Positions 41,626 to 51,336 are shown, numbered from the stretch's first letter. The stretch: DNA of 64,000 nucleotides from Bacteriovoracaceae bacterium (GCA_965217035.1 OZ244226.1:1-64000), one strand, 5' to 3'. Made by a program: numbers and translations. The notes: generated by a model not told the origin, from the letters alone.

Positions 41626-41909
41626 GATATTGGTACGTAAAAACAAGTCTGTAATGCAACGTGTGGTGCTTTTTTTCAGGGCCAAAATAGAAACATATAA
41701 AATTAGAGCCAGTTTGGTACTAAACCACTTACTCTGTAATTAAATATTATTTTCACGGCTTTCATTTTTTATTTTTCTGTCTTTATTTACTTGCTCGACA
41801 AATCAGATCCTCTCGAATGAATTCAATTTTTATTTTTTAATCTGAACTTCGTTGGTCAGGTTGCCTTTCACAACTTAGTTAATGATCTTATTTTAAGAGG
41901 TCACAGAAT

Positions 41910-42182
41910 TTACTCTTGTAGTTTTGCTTGTATCTTACCAAGCTCATGGAGCTCGGCAACTGACTTCAATATGCCACACGATGGGCAACAATATGTTATG
42001 ACAGGAACGCTGTTTTTATAAGGATTCTTCAAAAAAGACAAAAAAGGGATCGAGCCCAATGATGACCATAAAACCAATGGCTTCCAAAATTCTTTAGCGT
42101 ACTGTGTATGATTGCTATCAATTCTAGATCCAGGAATCATCTCAACCCTACATGTGAAGCACTCCATACTTTCTCTTTTCAT
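41910..42182 (-). CDS. Small zinc-ribbon protein (DUF6487-like)
   Basis: CFTC..EM..G and CPSCG. Confidence 0.6.
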   Translation of the reverse strand: MKRESMECFTCRVEMIPGSRIDSNHTQYAKEFWKPLVLWSSLGSIPFLSFLKNPYKNSVPVITYCCPSCGILKSVAELHELGKIQAKLQE

Positions 42183-42204
42183 AACTCTGTTATATCATGA
42201 ATTT

Positions 42205-42441
42205 ATGAAAATCTTTATTACTTTTACATTATTGTTTATTGTTTCATGTGCATCATGGGTTGAAGGAAATAGAAAAAGAGAATCGGCTTTTTACGTTGGT
42301 TGTTCAAAAGAAAAAGTAGTTATTTTTGATGCTACGATGACAACTTGGATGGCAAAATGCCAAGGGTCCAAAAAAACTTATCGCTGTAGAACCTCAGGTA
42401 CACCTGGAGAAAATGAAAGAATTGAATGTATAAAAAACTAA
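42205..42441 (+). CDS. Small Cys-containing lipoprotein
   Basis: MKIF..IVSC lipobox plus 4 further Cys. Confidence 0.6.
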   Translation: MKIFITFTLLFIVSCASWVEGNRKRESAFYVGCSKEKVVIFDATMTTWMAKCQGSKKTYRCRTSGTPGENERIECIKN

Positions 42442-42602
42442 TGTTTTTAATACAAATATTGTTCATATTATCTCAGTTTTAGTGGTTTGAATCGAGGTGG
42501 GTAGAAAAACCTACGTTGAGTGTATAAAGATTCAACAGAGGATAAATTAGAAATTTTGTAATCTGCATATTTTTACACCTTCAATGATTTTGTCAAAGAT
42601 CC

Positions 42603-42989
42603 CTATTTATTGATAGTCGCAAAAACGAGAACATGCCCATCTAGATCAGAGCTATAAGCCGCCGAGTGCCCCCAGCTTCTTTCTTCAAAAGCACTTAATT
42701 CTCTTGCTCCTGAGTTTAATGCCCTTAAGTGATACTCTTTCGGATGATCAACAATTAGATATAATTCAGAGCGAGGTATTCCGTTTGCCTCAGAAGGAGA
42801 TTCAATACTGTCTCCTAATAATTTCTTAATTCCTCGTTCAGGCATAAGCCCCAAGATACTTCCATTATTTAACTTAAACTCAGTCATTCCTGGAACATTT
42901 AATCTGGGTTTTAAACCAAGAACTTCTTCATAAAATTTGCAGCTTTTTTCTTGATTCGCGACATAAAGAATAAAGTAAGCTATTTTCAT
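42603..42989 (-). CDS. VOC/glyoxalase family protein
   Basis: ILYV......FY..VLG, ELYL.V, WGH..AY..DLDGH. Confidence 0.88.
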   Translation of the reverse strand: MKIAYFILYVANQEKSCKFYEEVLGLKPRLNVPGMTEFKLNNGSILGLMPERGIKKLLGDSIESPSEANGIPRSELYLIVDHPKEYHLRALNSGARELSAFEERSWGHSAAYSSDLDGHVLVFATINK

Positions 42990-43428
42990 CGTTTAATAAT
43001 CCTTTTTTGGTTTACTTGTTTATCAAAAAATAATGATTTTGGCATACAGATAAAAATCAAGAAAGCTTGTTAAGCTTTAAAACCTTTTTAATTCTCGATA
43101 TTTATTGTGATTAGTTAATTTCCAAGCAGATACATGAAGGATTCGAAGCGTACCTGAAAAGTACTTCCAAATTACGGATGCGTAGGTTTGGCCAATGGAA
43201 ACAGTGAAGTACTATTGTTCATAAAATATCTAATTAAAAAAACAAGCTTTTCCGAACAAAAGATCGAAATCATTTAATTTTTACAAGGTTATTTAGAAAG
43301 TATTGCTCAGGATAATTCGCATGATAGTATTCTTTGGATTAAAAAATTGTAGGAATTATGAGTTAAGAGCATTGGTAATAAATCATGGGAAATATTATTT
43401 AGATAGGCAAAAATGCTAGGAGTTTAAA

Positions 43429-43803
43429 ATGAAAGAAATATTACTGCTAATAATGTTTTTAGGAGCCTTTGAAAGTTATGCTAAAGACTTAAGAAAAAAA
43501 GTAATTCATGTAAAGTGCTCTTCAGATTCTTCAGAACATACAGTTTCAGCCGTTTGGGATAATTCAATTACTCCTGTTGGACCATACCTTGTACTAGTCG
43601 ATGGTGATGAAGTTAGTCCTAAATTAACGATGTCTAGAAATTATATAACTGTGAGTGGAACGACCCCTGATGATCGTAGTTTTGAGATAAAATTAATGTA
43701 TGACTCAGAGTACAGTACTAAATTTAAAATTGAGGATGAGGAATTCATTTTGCAGTGCCAGTCTCTAAATGAAGTTTACTGGTTTGGAATTCGAATGAAC
43801 TAA
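43429..43803 (+). CDS. Small secreted hypothetical protein
   Basis: SD AGGAG, signal peptide, 2 Cys. Confidence 0.65.
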   Translation: MKEILLLIMFLGAFESYAKDLRKKVIHVKCSSDSSEHTVSAVWDNSITPVGPYLVLVDGDEVSPKLTMSRNYITVSGTTPDDRSFEIKLMYDSEYSTKFKIEDEEFILQCQSLNEVYWFGIRMN

Positions 43804-44024
43804 AAGGGACTATACGTGATTTTAAGTCATTCGTTTTTTGTTCAGAAAACTTTAAGTTATTGAGCGATAAATCGATAAACTAATATAAATTATCTATCGT
43901 TCTTCAGTATTGTTTTTTCAGCTTCAATACTCAAGTTTTGAGTGAAATGGATAAATTGAGCCATTTTCATATCGATCAGTATGGTTGTGCTTCCTAGAAC
44001 ACTTTAATGTCGAAATGATGTTGT

Positions 44025-44927
44025 TTAGCGAGATACTTCAAAAAGGCTAAGTCCGTATTGGATGACACAATAGTCTTCGATTGCTTCGTCTTTTGATTGC
44101 TGCAAAGCTCTTTCGTGATTTTTTTGATCAAGGTTGTCGATTATTTCTCTTAATTCATCTATTTTTTGCCTTATTAGGAATTGTTCTTTCTTGCGTAAAA
44201 GAGAATAGCCATTTCTAAAGAAGAGCTCCCCAAAAGGTTTGTTGAGATAGTCAATGGTTGTTAAAAAATATTTTTTTTGAATTTCATCTAACCAATTTCC
44301 TTCTAGTTTTACGCTTCCATCTTCAAGTTGATCATTAACAAAGTCGAAGTTTTCAATTTGTGCTTTTAATATGTTCACATACCCTGATTTGATTGTGACA
44401 TAATCATTTTTTTTCAAAACTTCAAGAGTATTAATGACTTCAGAACGAGTTATATGGGTTGCAGGAAATTCTTTTTGAAATGATTCAGCTGCTTGATTAA
44501 AGTCTTTGAACTTATTGTTGTTAATGATTAGAAATCTCAGCAAGGGACCGGCTAAAAAAGATTGATCAATTTCTGAGGTAATTTTTTTATTGGGAAGATT
44601 TTGTTTCTCTTGCCAGGTAGAAAGAGCTCTGTGAGCTTTTTTCTTTAATTTCTCAGAAGGGCCATCTTTGAGTATTAGTAATAGAAGATACTCTTGCTCT
44701 AATTGATCGAGGGAGAACTTCGTTGAAAATTCAAGCCCCTTCATTACACTTAACTTTTTCTTTCCTTTGACGACGTCATGCATATAGCTAGGAGACCAAT
44801 TGAGGATATGAGAGAAGTATCGAAATCCTTTGTTGGTATCGTTTTCTTTGCTATTGTTTATAATTTTCTCAAAATACTGAGTATAGCTTTTAAACTCAAA
44901 AATATCTGGCAAATCGCTTCTGTCCAT
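44025..44927 (-). CDS. TIGR02147-like HTH protein
   Basis: IFEFKSYTQY, FRYFS..LNWSPSYMHDVVKGKKKLS, E.EY..LL, C-terminal wHTH-like region. Confidence 0.7.
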   Translation of the reverse strand: MDRSDLPDIFEFKSYTQYFEKIINNSKENDTNKGFRYFSHILNWSPSYMHDVVKGKKKLSVMKGLEFSTKFSLDQLEQEYLLLLILKDGPSEKLKKKAHRALSTWQEKQNLPNKKITSEIDQSFLAGPLLRFLIINNNKFKDFNQAAESFQKEFPATHITRSEVINTLEVLKKNDYVTIKSGYVNILKAQIENFDFVNDQLEDGSVKLEGNWLDEIQKKYFLTTIDYLNKPFGELFFRNGYSLLRKKEQFLIRQKIDELREIIDNLDQKNHERALQQSKDEAIEDYCVIQYGLSLFEVSR

Positions 44928-45375
44928 CCGTTAGCTCCATATTTAACTATAAAATTAAGAAATAGATTTTTCCATAAGGTTTTAAGTTGTGTTCTTTTTT
45001 GGGGACATAAAAATGATCATTTTTTGTTTAAGGGGTGAGCAATTTATAACTAGAATTCATAGGTACAGGATTGTGTGTTATCTCCACAAGCATGCAAGGA
45101 GGTATTAAGCGTTATATTTTATTCCTCCTGCATATTAATTAAAAATCTAGAAAATTTTATAATAAAAGGCTGTCTTCCTCCGCGAGTAATTTTTTTCTGG
45201 AATAAAGTCTCTCCTAAATTAACAAGTTAGATTGTTCTTTTTCCGGGACGCAAATACTACGATTCTATACCTTCTAAGTATGTAAAACTTACAAATAGAA
45301 CAAATAAAAAAAAATAAAGCTTATATTCGGAAGTATTAAAAAAGTAATCATCCATAAGTCAAAAGGAGTAAAATC

Positions 45376-45831
45376 ATGAGAAAAATTGTAATAATAGGCT
45401 TTTTAACCATTTCTAGTTCACTTTTGGCCAGAGAGAGTATTGTTGTATCCTGTAATACAGGAGAAGTTAACATGGCCGTTAAGAATATTGAAGCCAAGTT
45501 AATAGTCCCTTCTTTATCAGCTAATTCTCCTAAGCCTTTTGTTGAGGTCAAAGTGAATAGTGAATATTATTTATCAGAAGAAGCAGGCAAGTACTCTATT
45601 TATAAAGAGGCAACGGCTGCAATCCGAGACGGGATTGCGAGAGATTTAGTAGGACAAAATTCAGCTACAGTGCTAGGTTTTAGCAAGTCTGAGGTCCACT
45701 CTTATAGTAATGTTTATGTAAGCATTTATGGATCAAAGGTTGAGTTTCTAGCTCTCCATGATAAAGATAACCAAACATTAGCAACTCTTTGGAAGTACGA
45801 TAATTATGAGTTAACACCATGTGCTTATTAA
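45376..45831 (+). CDS. Small secreted hypothetical protein
   Basis: SD AGGAG, signal peptide, Cys near both termini. Confidence 0.65.
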   Translation: MRKIVIIGFLTISSSLLARESIVVSCNTGEVNMAVKNIEAKLIVPSLSANSPKPFVEVKVNSEYYLSEEAGKYSIYKEATAAIRDGIARDLVGQNSATVLGFSKSEVHSYSNVYVSIYGSKVEFLALHDKDNQTLATLWKYDNYELTPCAY

Positions 45832-45933
45832 AAATTTTGATATTTTTAGTACTAGATTCTGATTGAACAAGTAAAGTCAGAAAAAACTGTTGCTTGAAAT
45901 CAATGAATCATAATCATGTATAAGGAGAATTAT

Positions 45934-46260
45934 ATGAGAAAATTGTTTATATTATTACTAGCTCTAGGAAGTATCTCAGTCCAAGCAGAGTGTGAGCTAT
46001 TTTATAAATTTCATGGCAATTGGATGCCTGTCGCTATCGTTGATAACCGTGGCGTTGTAAATATTAGAATTAGTTCATTTAGAAATGTTTTTGTTGTAGA
46101 GGTCAAAAAAATAGCTGATTCTGTTGTACTCAAGCAAGATGAATACTTTTCTGTTAATGGTTACCGTGGCACCGATGCATTTAGAGAGCTTCAAGATGTT
46201 ATTAACAAATTGGCAGGTATATCTTATTCTAACGGAGAAATTGATTTTCAATGCTATTGA
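45934..46260 (+). CDS. Small secreted hypothetical protein
   Basis: SD AGGAG, signal peptide, Cys near both termini. Confidence 0.65.
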   Translation: MRKLFILLLALGSISVQAECELFYKFHGNWMPVAIVDNRGVVNIRISSFRNVFVVEVKKIADSVVLKQDEYFSVNGYRGTDAFRELQDVINKLAGISYSNGEIDFQCY

Positions 46261-46429
46261 GATATTGAAAGCATTAACTAGTAAACGACCTGATTAGATA
46301 TCTGTATGAAAGTGCATCAAAACTAAAATTCTTCTTTCAAGAAAAAAGAATTGAAGTAATATTTAATCGACGAGGGCCCGCTCCCATCATCAAAGTGGTG
46401 ATTTGAGGACTGATTATCTCATTAACGAT

Positions 46430-46762
46430 TTATTCACAAGATTTGATATATAGACGAGTTTTCTCTTGTTCTTCATCTATATAGGAAACTCGAATTTCAC
46501 GATTCTTTACATACACGGTCGTTACTTCGATTTCTCCTTCTTCTAAATCAAAAGTATCTCCTCTTTTAAAGTACTCATGAGCGATTTTGTATGGATTCCC
46601 ATCGTAGCAAGCACCATTCCCAAGATCAAAGGTGTTGCACTCGATAACTTCTTTACCAGAACTCAGGTCTTCTATCCATTCATCTCCTAAATCACACTTA
46701 ATGATTCTGGAAAAAGCATTAAAGCTTAATGATATCAAAAAACTAATTAATAATTGATTCAT
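46430..46762 (-). CDS. Small secreted hypothetical protein
   Basis: ATG 46762 with SD AGGA, signal peptide, 4 Cys. Confidence 0.6.
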   Translation of the reverse strand: MNQLLISFLISLSFNAFSRIIKCDLGDEWIEDLSSGKEVIECNTFDLGNGACYDGNPYKIAHEYFKRGDTFDLEEGEIEVTTVYVKNREIRVSYIDEEQEKTRLYIKSCE

Positions 46763-46852
46763 AATTTCATCCTTTATGTTTGAGTTTTCTCTTGCTTCTG
46801 AGAAGTAATAGCACATAAATATTTTGGGATGAGGAAAAATATAAAGATTATA

Positions 46853-46871
46853 TGTTGCAACTCTTGCAACA
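46853..46871. promoter_or_regulatory. Palindromic candidate operator
   Basis: TGTTGCAA-CTC-TTGCAACA between a secreted gene and a divergent TIGR02147 gene. Confidence 0.55.
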
Positions 46872-46927
46872 CTTTCTAGTTGAGAGATTTTGTTGCCGTA
46901 AAGCTTTTCAAAGGATAATTTGCTAAT

Positions 46928-47731
46928 ATGATTTTTAAGTACTTAAACTATTTAGATTTTCTAAAAGATTATTTTCAGGAAAAAAGAGAACAAAAAAAAA
47001 TATCTTTAAGAAAGTTCGCTTCATCTTCTGAAATCGATCACACAACTTTGTCTAGAGTTCTGAAAGGAGAAAGGAAACTCCCTATAGATACTGCAGAAAA
47101 AATTGCTAACATAATAAAACTCCAGCCTATAGAATATGAGTACTTTATGCTCTTAGTCGAGTTCGAGCACGTAAGAACTAATAGAGCAAAAAAAAGTCTC
47201 GAGTACGAAATAAAAAGTCTTCAAGCTCAAAGAAATCTTCCTCAGGCTAAAAAAGAGACCTTTGAAATTATTGCGGACTTAACTTCTTTTTCTATACTAG
47301 AAGCAATGAGGATGGATCAATCCCTCAAAACTCCTCGTTTAATGGCTGATTTTCTTGGAGTAGAATTATCCCAGGTTAAAAGTGCTTTTCAAAGACTAGT
47401 TGATAGTAAGGTCATTCAAAAAAAAGAAGATGAAGAATACGAAAGATTACAAGAACCTTGTAATTTAAAAGTTAATGGAGCTAACTCGACTGTTGAAAAA
47501 TATTTAGGACAGGTTCTCGACAGAGCCAAAGAAGAACTAGCCACAGGCTTACCAAATAAAAGAATCTACAGGACAAGAGTAATCTCAATACCAAAAACAC
47601 AAAGACAAGAAATTTGTGCGATGATAGATTCATTCTTAGGAAAACTACATCTTTTAACAGAGAATAGTAAGCAAGCAAAAGACGATCTTGTTTGCTTGAA
47701 TGTGAATTTTTTTAGTCTTTTGAAAAAGTAG
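46928..47731 (+). CDS. TIGR02147 family HTH protein
   Basis: IFKYLNYLDFLKDYF, SLRKFA....I..TTLSRVLKGERKL, EYEYFMLLV, C-terminal LNVNFF. Confidence 0.82.
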   Translation: MIFKYLNYLDFLKDYFQEKREQKKISLRKFASSSEIDHTTLSRVLKGERKLPIDTAEKIANIIKLQPIEYEYFMLLVEFEHVRTNRAKKSLEYEIKSLQAQRNLPQAKKETFEIIADLTSFSILEAMRMDQSLKTPRLMADFLGVELSQVKSAFQRLVDSKVIQKKEDEEYERLQEPCNLKVNGANSTVEKYLGQVLDRAKEELATGLPNKRIYRTRVISIPKTQRQEICAMIDSFLGKLHLLTENSKQAKDDLVCLNVNFFSLLKK

Positions 47732-47780
47732 CTTCTTGTAGGGCATTTTTTTCCCTTTTTTTACCTAAGTATTTTGGTTT

Positions 47781-47808
47781 TAAGCGCAAGGTGAACTTTT
47801 CTCGATAA
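47781..47808 (+). promoter_or_regulatory. FliA-like promoter
   Basis: TAAG-N16-CTCGATAA upstream of 47832. Confidence 0.5.
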
Positions 47809-47831
47809 GAAAACTAGAGAGGAAGGTTTTC

Positions 47832-48294
47832 TTGAAGCGATATCAATTTTTACTTTTAACATTTTTGTGGAGTTTTGCGGCTTTTTCAGAAACCTACCTT
47901 GAGTATGTTAAGCGTATTAACTCCGTTCGTCATATTCTCAAGAGTGAAGAGACTCTTCTTTATATTTTAAAGAGTAGAGGTTACGGCGATCTTAAGCGCC
48001 ATGGAGGAGACCTTGATCAAACTCTTTGGAAAAATGGAATTGGCAAAGATGAATGGCAGTATTTGCAGACAGGTACTGAGATTTTACTTCCGTACTACAA
48101 GGATAAGATAAAAAGAAAAATTGCCTCAGAACACGCTCCTACTGTTAAGAAGAAAGAAGAGAAGTCTCACTCTATTTTTGCTTCTATTGATTTTAGACTG
48201 GGGATGGGTTTTTTCTCAATTGAATCCCAAGACAATAGTCAATTAAATGGAGTGATGGAGTCTAGGTCTTATAGACTTGCGGAGCTGCGCTATA
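47832..48294 (+). pseudogene. Secreted protein (LysM-like N-domain, start of a beta-strand region) truncated by ISL3
   Basis: The ORF runs into the IS left end at 48295, so its last ~19 codons are IS-derived; no continuation after 51164. Confidence 0.65.
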
Positions 48295-48411
48295 CGGTCT
48301 TCACACTTAATGGTGGGTCACTTCTAAACAAAATCTCGATAAAAAAGACATGAGCTTCAACTTCGTTAGAATTTAATTGCGATTTAGATTTTAACAAAAG
48401 GAGAAAAACTC

Positions 48412-49620
48412 ATGTCAGAGTCTAAAGTAACACAGTCCTTACTACTTCCCGATCTGCGCTTTGTCACAGAGAAATGGGTCAAAAAAACACGCTTTATTGA
48501 ATGTGAGAAGGTATCAGAATTTGAAGTCTGTCCTCATTGCGCCACCAAAACTTCAAGTATCTATGACCACCGCTTTGTCACTCCAAGAGATCAACCCATT
48601 CGATCTAAGTTTGTTACTTTAGTCATCAAAAAAAGGCGATTTAGATGTTCAAATCTCGAATGCAGAAAAGTTTTTACTGAACCAGTTGGAGGAATCAATA
48701 AAGGTTTTAGAACCACTGAAAGAATGCGTGCCCACATTCGTTATTGTGCCTCAAAGTTTATGGATCTTAAGTCAGTGAAGGATGCTCTTAGTTTTTCCAA
48801 TGCAACGATTTACAAAGCTTTTTATCAGCAAATTGAATTAGAACTTCGGAAATCTCAAAATCCATGGCCTAAAACGATTGGGATTGACGAGCATTCCTTC
48901 CAAAGAAATATCCGAGGACCCAAGCGAGAGTTTGTGACGGTCTTTATTGATTATAATAACAAACGCATGAAAGAAGTCGCTTTGGGTAAGTCTATTGGTG
49001 ATTTAAAGAACTCACATATAGCAGACATCCCCGGTCGTGAAAATGTCCGAAACGTTGTGGTTGATTTGTCTCCAACTTTTAGAAGGTTTGCTTTTGAGTT
49101 CTTCCCAAATGCGAGGTTGATTGCGGATAAGTTCCACGTTGTAAAACTCATGCATCCACTTTTAAATGAGCTTAAAAAAGAAACCATTGAGATGTATGGA
49201 CTTAATAGTTCAAGAAAGAATCCCATCAATAAACTTATCTATAAATACCGAAAGAAAATGGATTACTTCACGAGAAGAAGCGTGGATAAGTTCTTGGATC
49301 TTAACGAAGATCTAAAGGAGGTTTATCACTTTCAGCAAAGACTTTATCGAGTTTATAAAGTGAAAGGCTACAATCGAGCAAAAAGAGCGTTGCTATCTCT
49401 GACTGATGATATGGCACACTCCAAACAGAAGAAAGTCCTTAGCTTCAGACGAACACTTCTCAAGTGGAAATGGGAGATTCTTAATTACTTCTCAACAAAC
49501 AGATTAAATAACGGAAGAACGGAAGGATATAACTGCAAGGCAAAGTTGATTCAAAGATGTGCGTATGGATTTAGGAGCTTTAAAAACTATCGACTGAAGC
49601 TTCTCTATCATTGCCGATAA
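48412..49620 (+). CDS. ISL3 family transposase
   Basis: CPHC..RC zinc finger, IGIDEHSF, VVDL, ADKFHVV, NGRTEGYN, AYGFRSF.NY. Confidence 0.95.
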   Translation: MSESKVTQSLLLPDLRFVTEKWVKKTRFIECEKVSEFEVCPHCATKTSSIYDHRFVTPRDQPIRSKFVTLVIKKRRFRCSNLECRKVFTEPVGGINKGFRTTERMRAHIRYCASKFMDLKSVKDALSFSNATIYKAFYQQIELELRKSQNPWPKTIGIDEHSFQRNIRGPKREFVTVFIDYNNKRMKEVALGKSIGDLKNSHIADIPGRENVRNVVVDLSPTFRRFAFEFFPNARLIADKFHVVKLMHPLLNELKKETIEMYGLNSSRKNPINKLIYKYRKKMDYFTRRSVDKFLDLNEDLKEVYHFQQRLYRVYKVKGYNRAKRALLSLTDDMAHSKQKKVLSFRRTLLKWKWEILNYFSTNRLNNGRTEGYNCKAKLIQRCAYGFRSFKNYRLKLLYHCR

Positions 49621-49799
49621 GACGGTGTTTTAACTGATTATTTGATCAAGATAAGGAGTGAAAATCACTTCAGTGGCGAAGTGTATCTAAAAATCAGAAA
49701 TCGAGGTAAAATATTAAGAACTTACGTTGATCGTGATTGAAAACTGGCGAAGTTGAAGTTTTGAAGATCAATGTCTATCGGGTTGTCGGGGGGATGACC

Positions 49800-51135
49800 C
49801 GGTCTTCACACTTCAAGGTGTACTCGCCGCATCAATTCTAAATAAGCAGGCATAAGAAATTCAACCGGTTAGAATTTTAATACCACTCAAAATTTTAACT
49901 GGAGAACACTTATGCCCAACTCAAAACTTACTCAATTTCTTCTGTTACCGAAACTAAAATTAGTAAGATTCGCTCAATTCAAGAAAGAAATCATCTTTAT
50001 TTGTGAGTCCAAGAGCAAATCTCTATGGTGCCCTCACTGTGGACTAGAATGCTCAAAAGTTCATGATCGAAGGACTGTTATCATTAAAGATGCTCCCTAT
50101 GTCGGAAAAGTTAAAATTCTCAAAATCAAAAAGAAGCGATTTAGATGCTGTGGATGTAAAAAAGTAACTACTGAAACTATCCCAGGGATTAGTAAACATG
50201 CTCGAATTACTGAGCGCCTGCAACGAAACCTTCTCTACATTTGCGATAAATTTGCCAACATGAAAGCTGCCAGGAAGCATCTTAAACTTGGTAATAAAAC
50301 GATCTATGAAAGACATTACAGACAACTAGAACTTGAATGGAGAAAAAAGAAAAACAATCCATGGCCACGAAGTATTGGAATCGATGAGCATAGCTTCATA
50401 CGTAATAAACAGTACAGTAGACGAGAGTTTGTCACTTTGATTGTCGATCACAATAACAAAAAAGCTAAAGAGTTAATTCCCACCAGAACATCATTGCAGT
50501 TAAAGCAAGCTCTCGCTTATATCCCTGGAAGAGAAAACGTCAGAAACATTACCATGGATCTCTCAACAACTTACCGCAGTTTTGCCAGAGACTTTTTTCC
50601 AAGAGCGAGAATTATAGCCGATAAGTTCCACGTTATTAGACTTCCTAATCGTATTCTTGATCTTTATCGAAACAAAGAATTTAAAAGTAAAAAATTAAAG
50701 CTTAGAAAGTTTTTGCTCATGGACTCCAAGAAGATGGATTACTGGACTAGAATACAGTTCCAAAAAGAGCTAAAAAAGTACCCAGAACTTAATGAGATTT
50801 ACTGGGTGAAAGAATCGATTCATAAGTTTTATGGTTGTAAAGGAGTTAAGCGTGCAAGAAAGAGTCTGCAAAACCTCACAGACTCTCTTGCCCTTAGTTC
50901 AATTCCTGAGCTTAAAAAGCTCAGAAGAACGCTCATGAACTGGCGTGAAGAGATTCTTAACTACTTTGAAAATCGCTTGACCAATGCTAGAACCGAGGGG
51001 TTTAACAATGTCTGCAAGCAGCTGCAGAGGCGTGCTTACGGATATAAGAGCTTTATAAACTACCGGTTAAAAGTTCTTTATGCCTGTTCTTAAGGGATTG
51101 AGTGCGGTGTGTTCCACCATGAAGTGTGTAGAGTC
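49800..51135 (+). mobile_element. ISL3-family element (inner)
   Basis: IRL CGGTCTTCACACTTCAAGGTG; IRR reverse complement GACTCTACACACTTCATGGTG; flanked by 8-bp direct repeat GGATGACC (49792-49799 and 51136-51143). Confidence 0.88.
49912..51093 (+). CDS. ISL3 family transposase
   Basis: CPHC, IGIDEHSF, TMDLS, ADKFHVI, TNARTEGFN, AYGYKSF.NY. Confidence 0.95.
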   Translation: MPNSKLTQFLLLPKLKLVRFAQFKKEIIFICESKSKSLWCPHCGLECSKVHDRRTVIIKDAPYVGKVKILKIKKKRFRCCGCKKVTTETIPGISKHARITERLQRNLLYICDKFANMKAARKHLKLGNKTIYERHYRQLELEWRKKKNNPWPRSIGIDEHSFIRNKQYSRREFVTLIVDHNNKKAKELIPTRTSLQLKQALAYIPGRENVRNITMDLSTTYRSFARDFFPRARIIADKFHVIRLPNRILDLYRNKEFKSKKLKLRKFLLMDSKKMDYWTRIQFQKELKKYPELNEIYWVKESIHKFYGCKGVKRARKSLQNLTDSLALSSIPELKKLRRTLMNWREEILNYFENRLTNARTEGFNNVCKQLQRRAYGYKSFINYRLKVLYACS

Positions 51136-51196
51136 GGATGACCCACCATTAAGCGAGGACATTCGCTTGTATTTTAATTAGATGTTTTATGAGTAA

Positions 51197-51282
51197 TGGT
51201 GCACGGAAGAGGACTTGAACCTCCACGGGCATACGCCCACTACGCCCTCAACGTAGCGTGTCTACCATTCCACCACCCGTGC
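51197..51282 (-). tRNA. tRNA-Leu(GAG)
   Basis: GCACGGGTGGTGGAATGGTAGACACGCTACG-TTGAGGG-CGTAG, long variable arm, GGTTCAAGTCC, CCGTGC-ACCA. Confidence 0.96.
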
Positions 51283-51336
51283 ATTGTGATATAGACTTAA
51301 AGTTATATCAGGTATTACGCACCTTGGAAAGGAGAC

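Larger units (their letters stand above)
48295..51164 (+). mobile_element. ISL3-family element (outer), interrupted at its right end
   Basis: IRL CGGTCTTCACACTTAATGGTGGGTCA; IRR reverse complement GAATGTCCTCGCTTAATGGTGGGTCA ending at 51164; flanks not duplicated. Confidence 0.8.

Noticed and set aside
45092..45133. ATGCAAGGAGG...CCTCCTGCAT hairpin as a type I toxin-antitoxin leader
   Set aside because: The hairpin is real, but no start codon or small ORF follows the SD-like arm on either strand.
45241..45256. GGGACGCAAA as a riboswitch fragment, or GGGAC repeats (also near 45001) as an operator
   Set aside because: No flanking riboswitch stems; the match is too short to distinguish from chance.
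39211..48294. att duplication of the tRNA-Leu 3' end
   Set aside because: No copy of TGGTGCACGGAAG found; only a 6-nt match near 41664.
49621..49790. Read-through extension or passenger ORF after the outer transposase
   Set aside because: About 39 open codons with no recognisable motif, and the transposase already ends at the normal ISL3 C-terminus.
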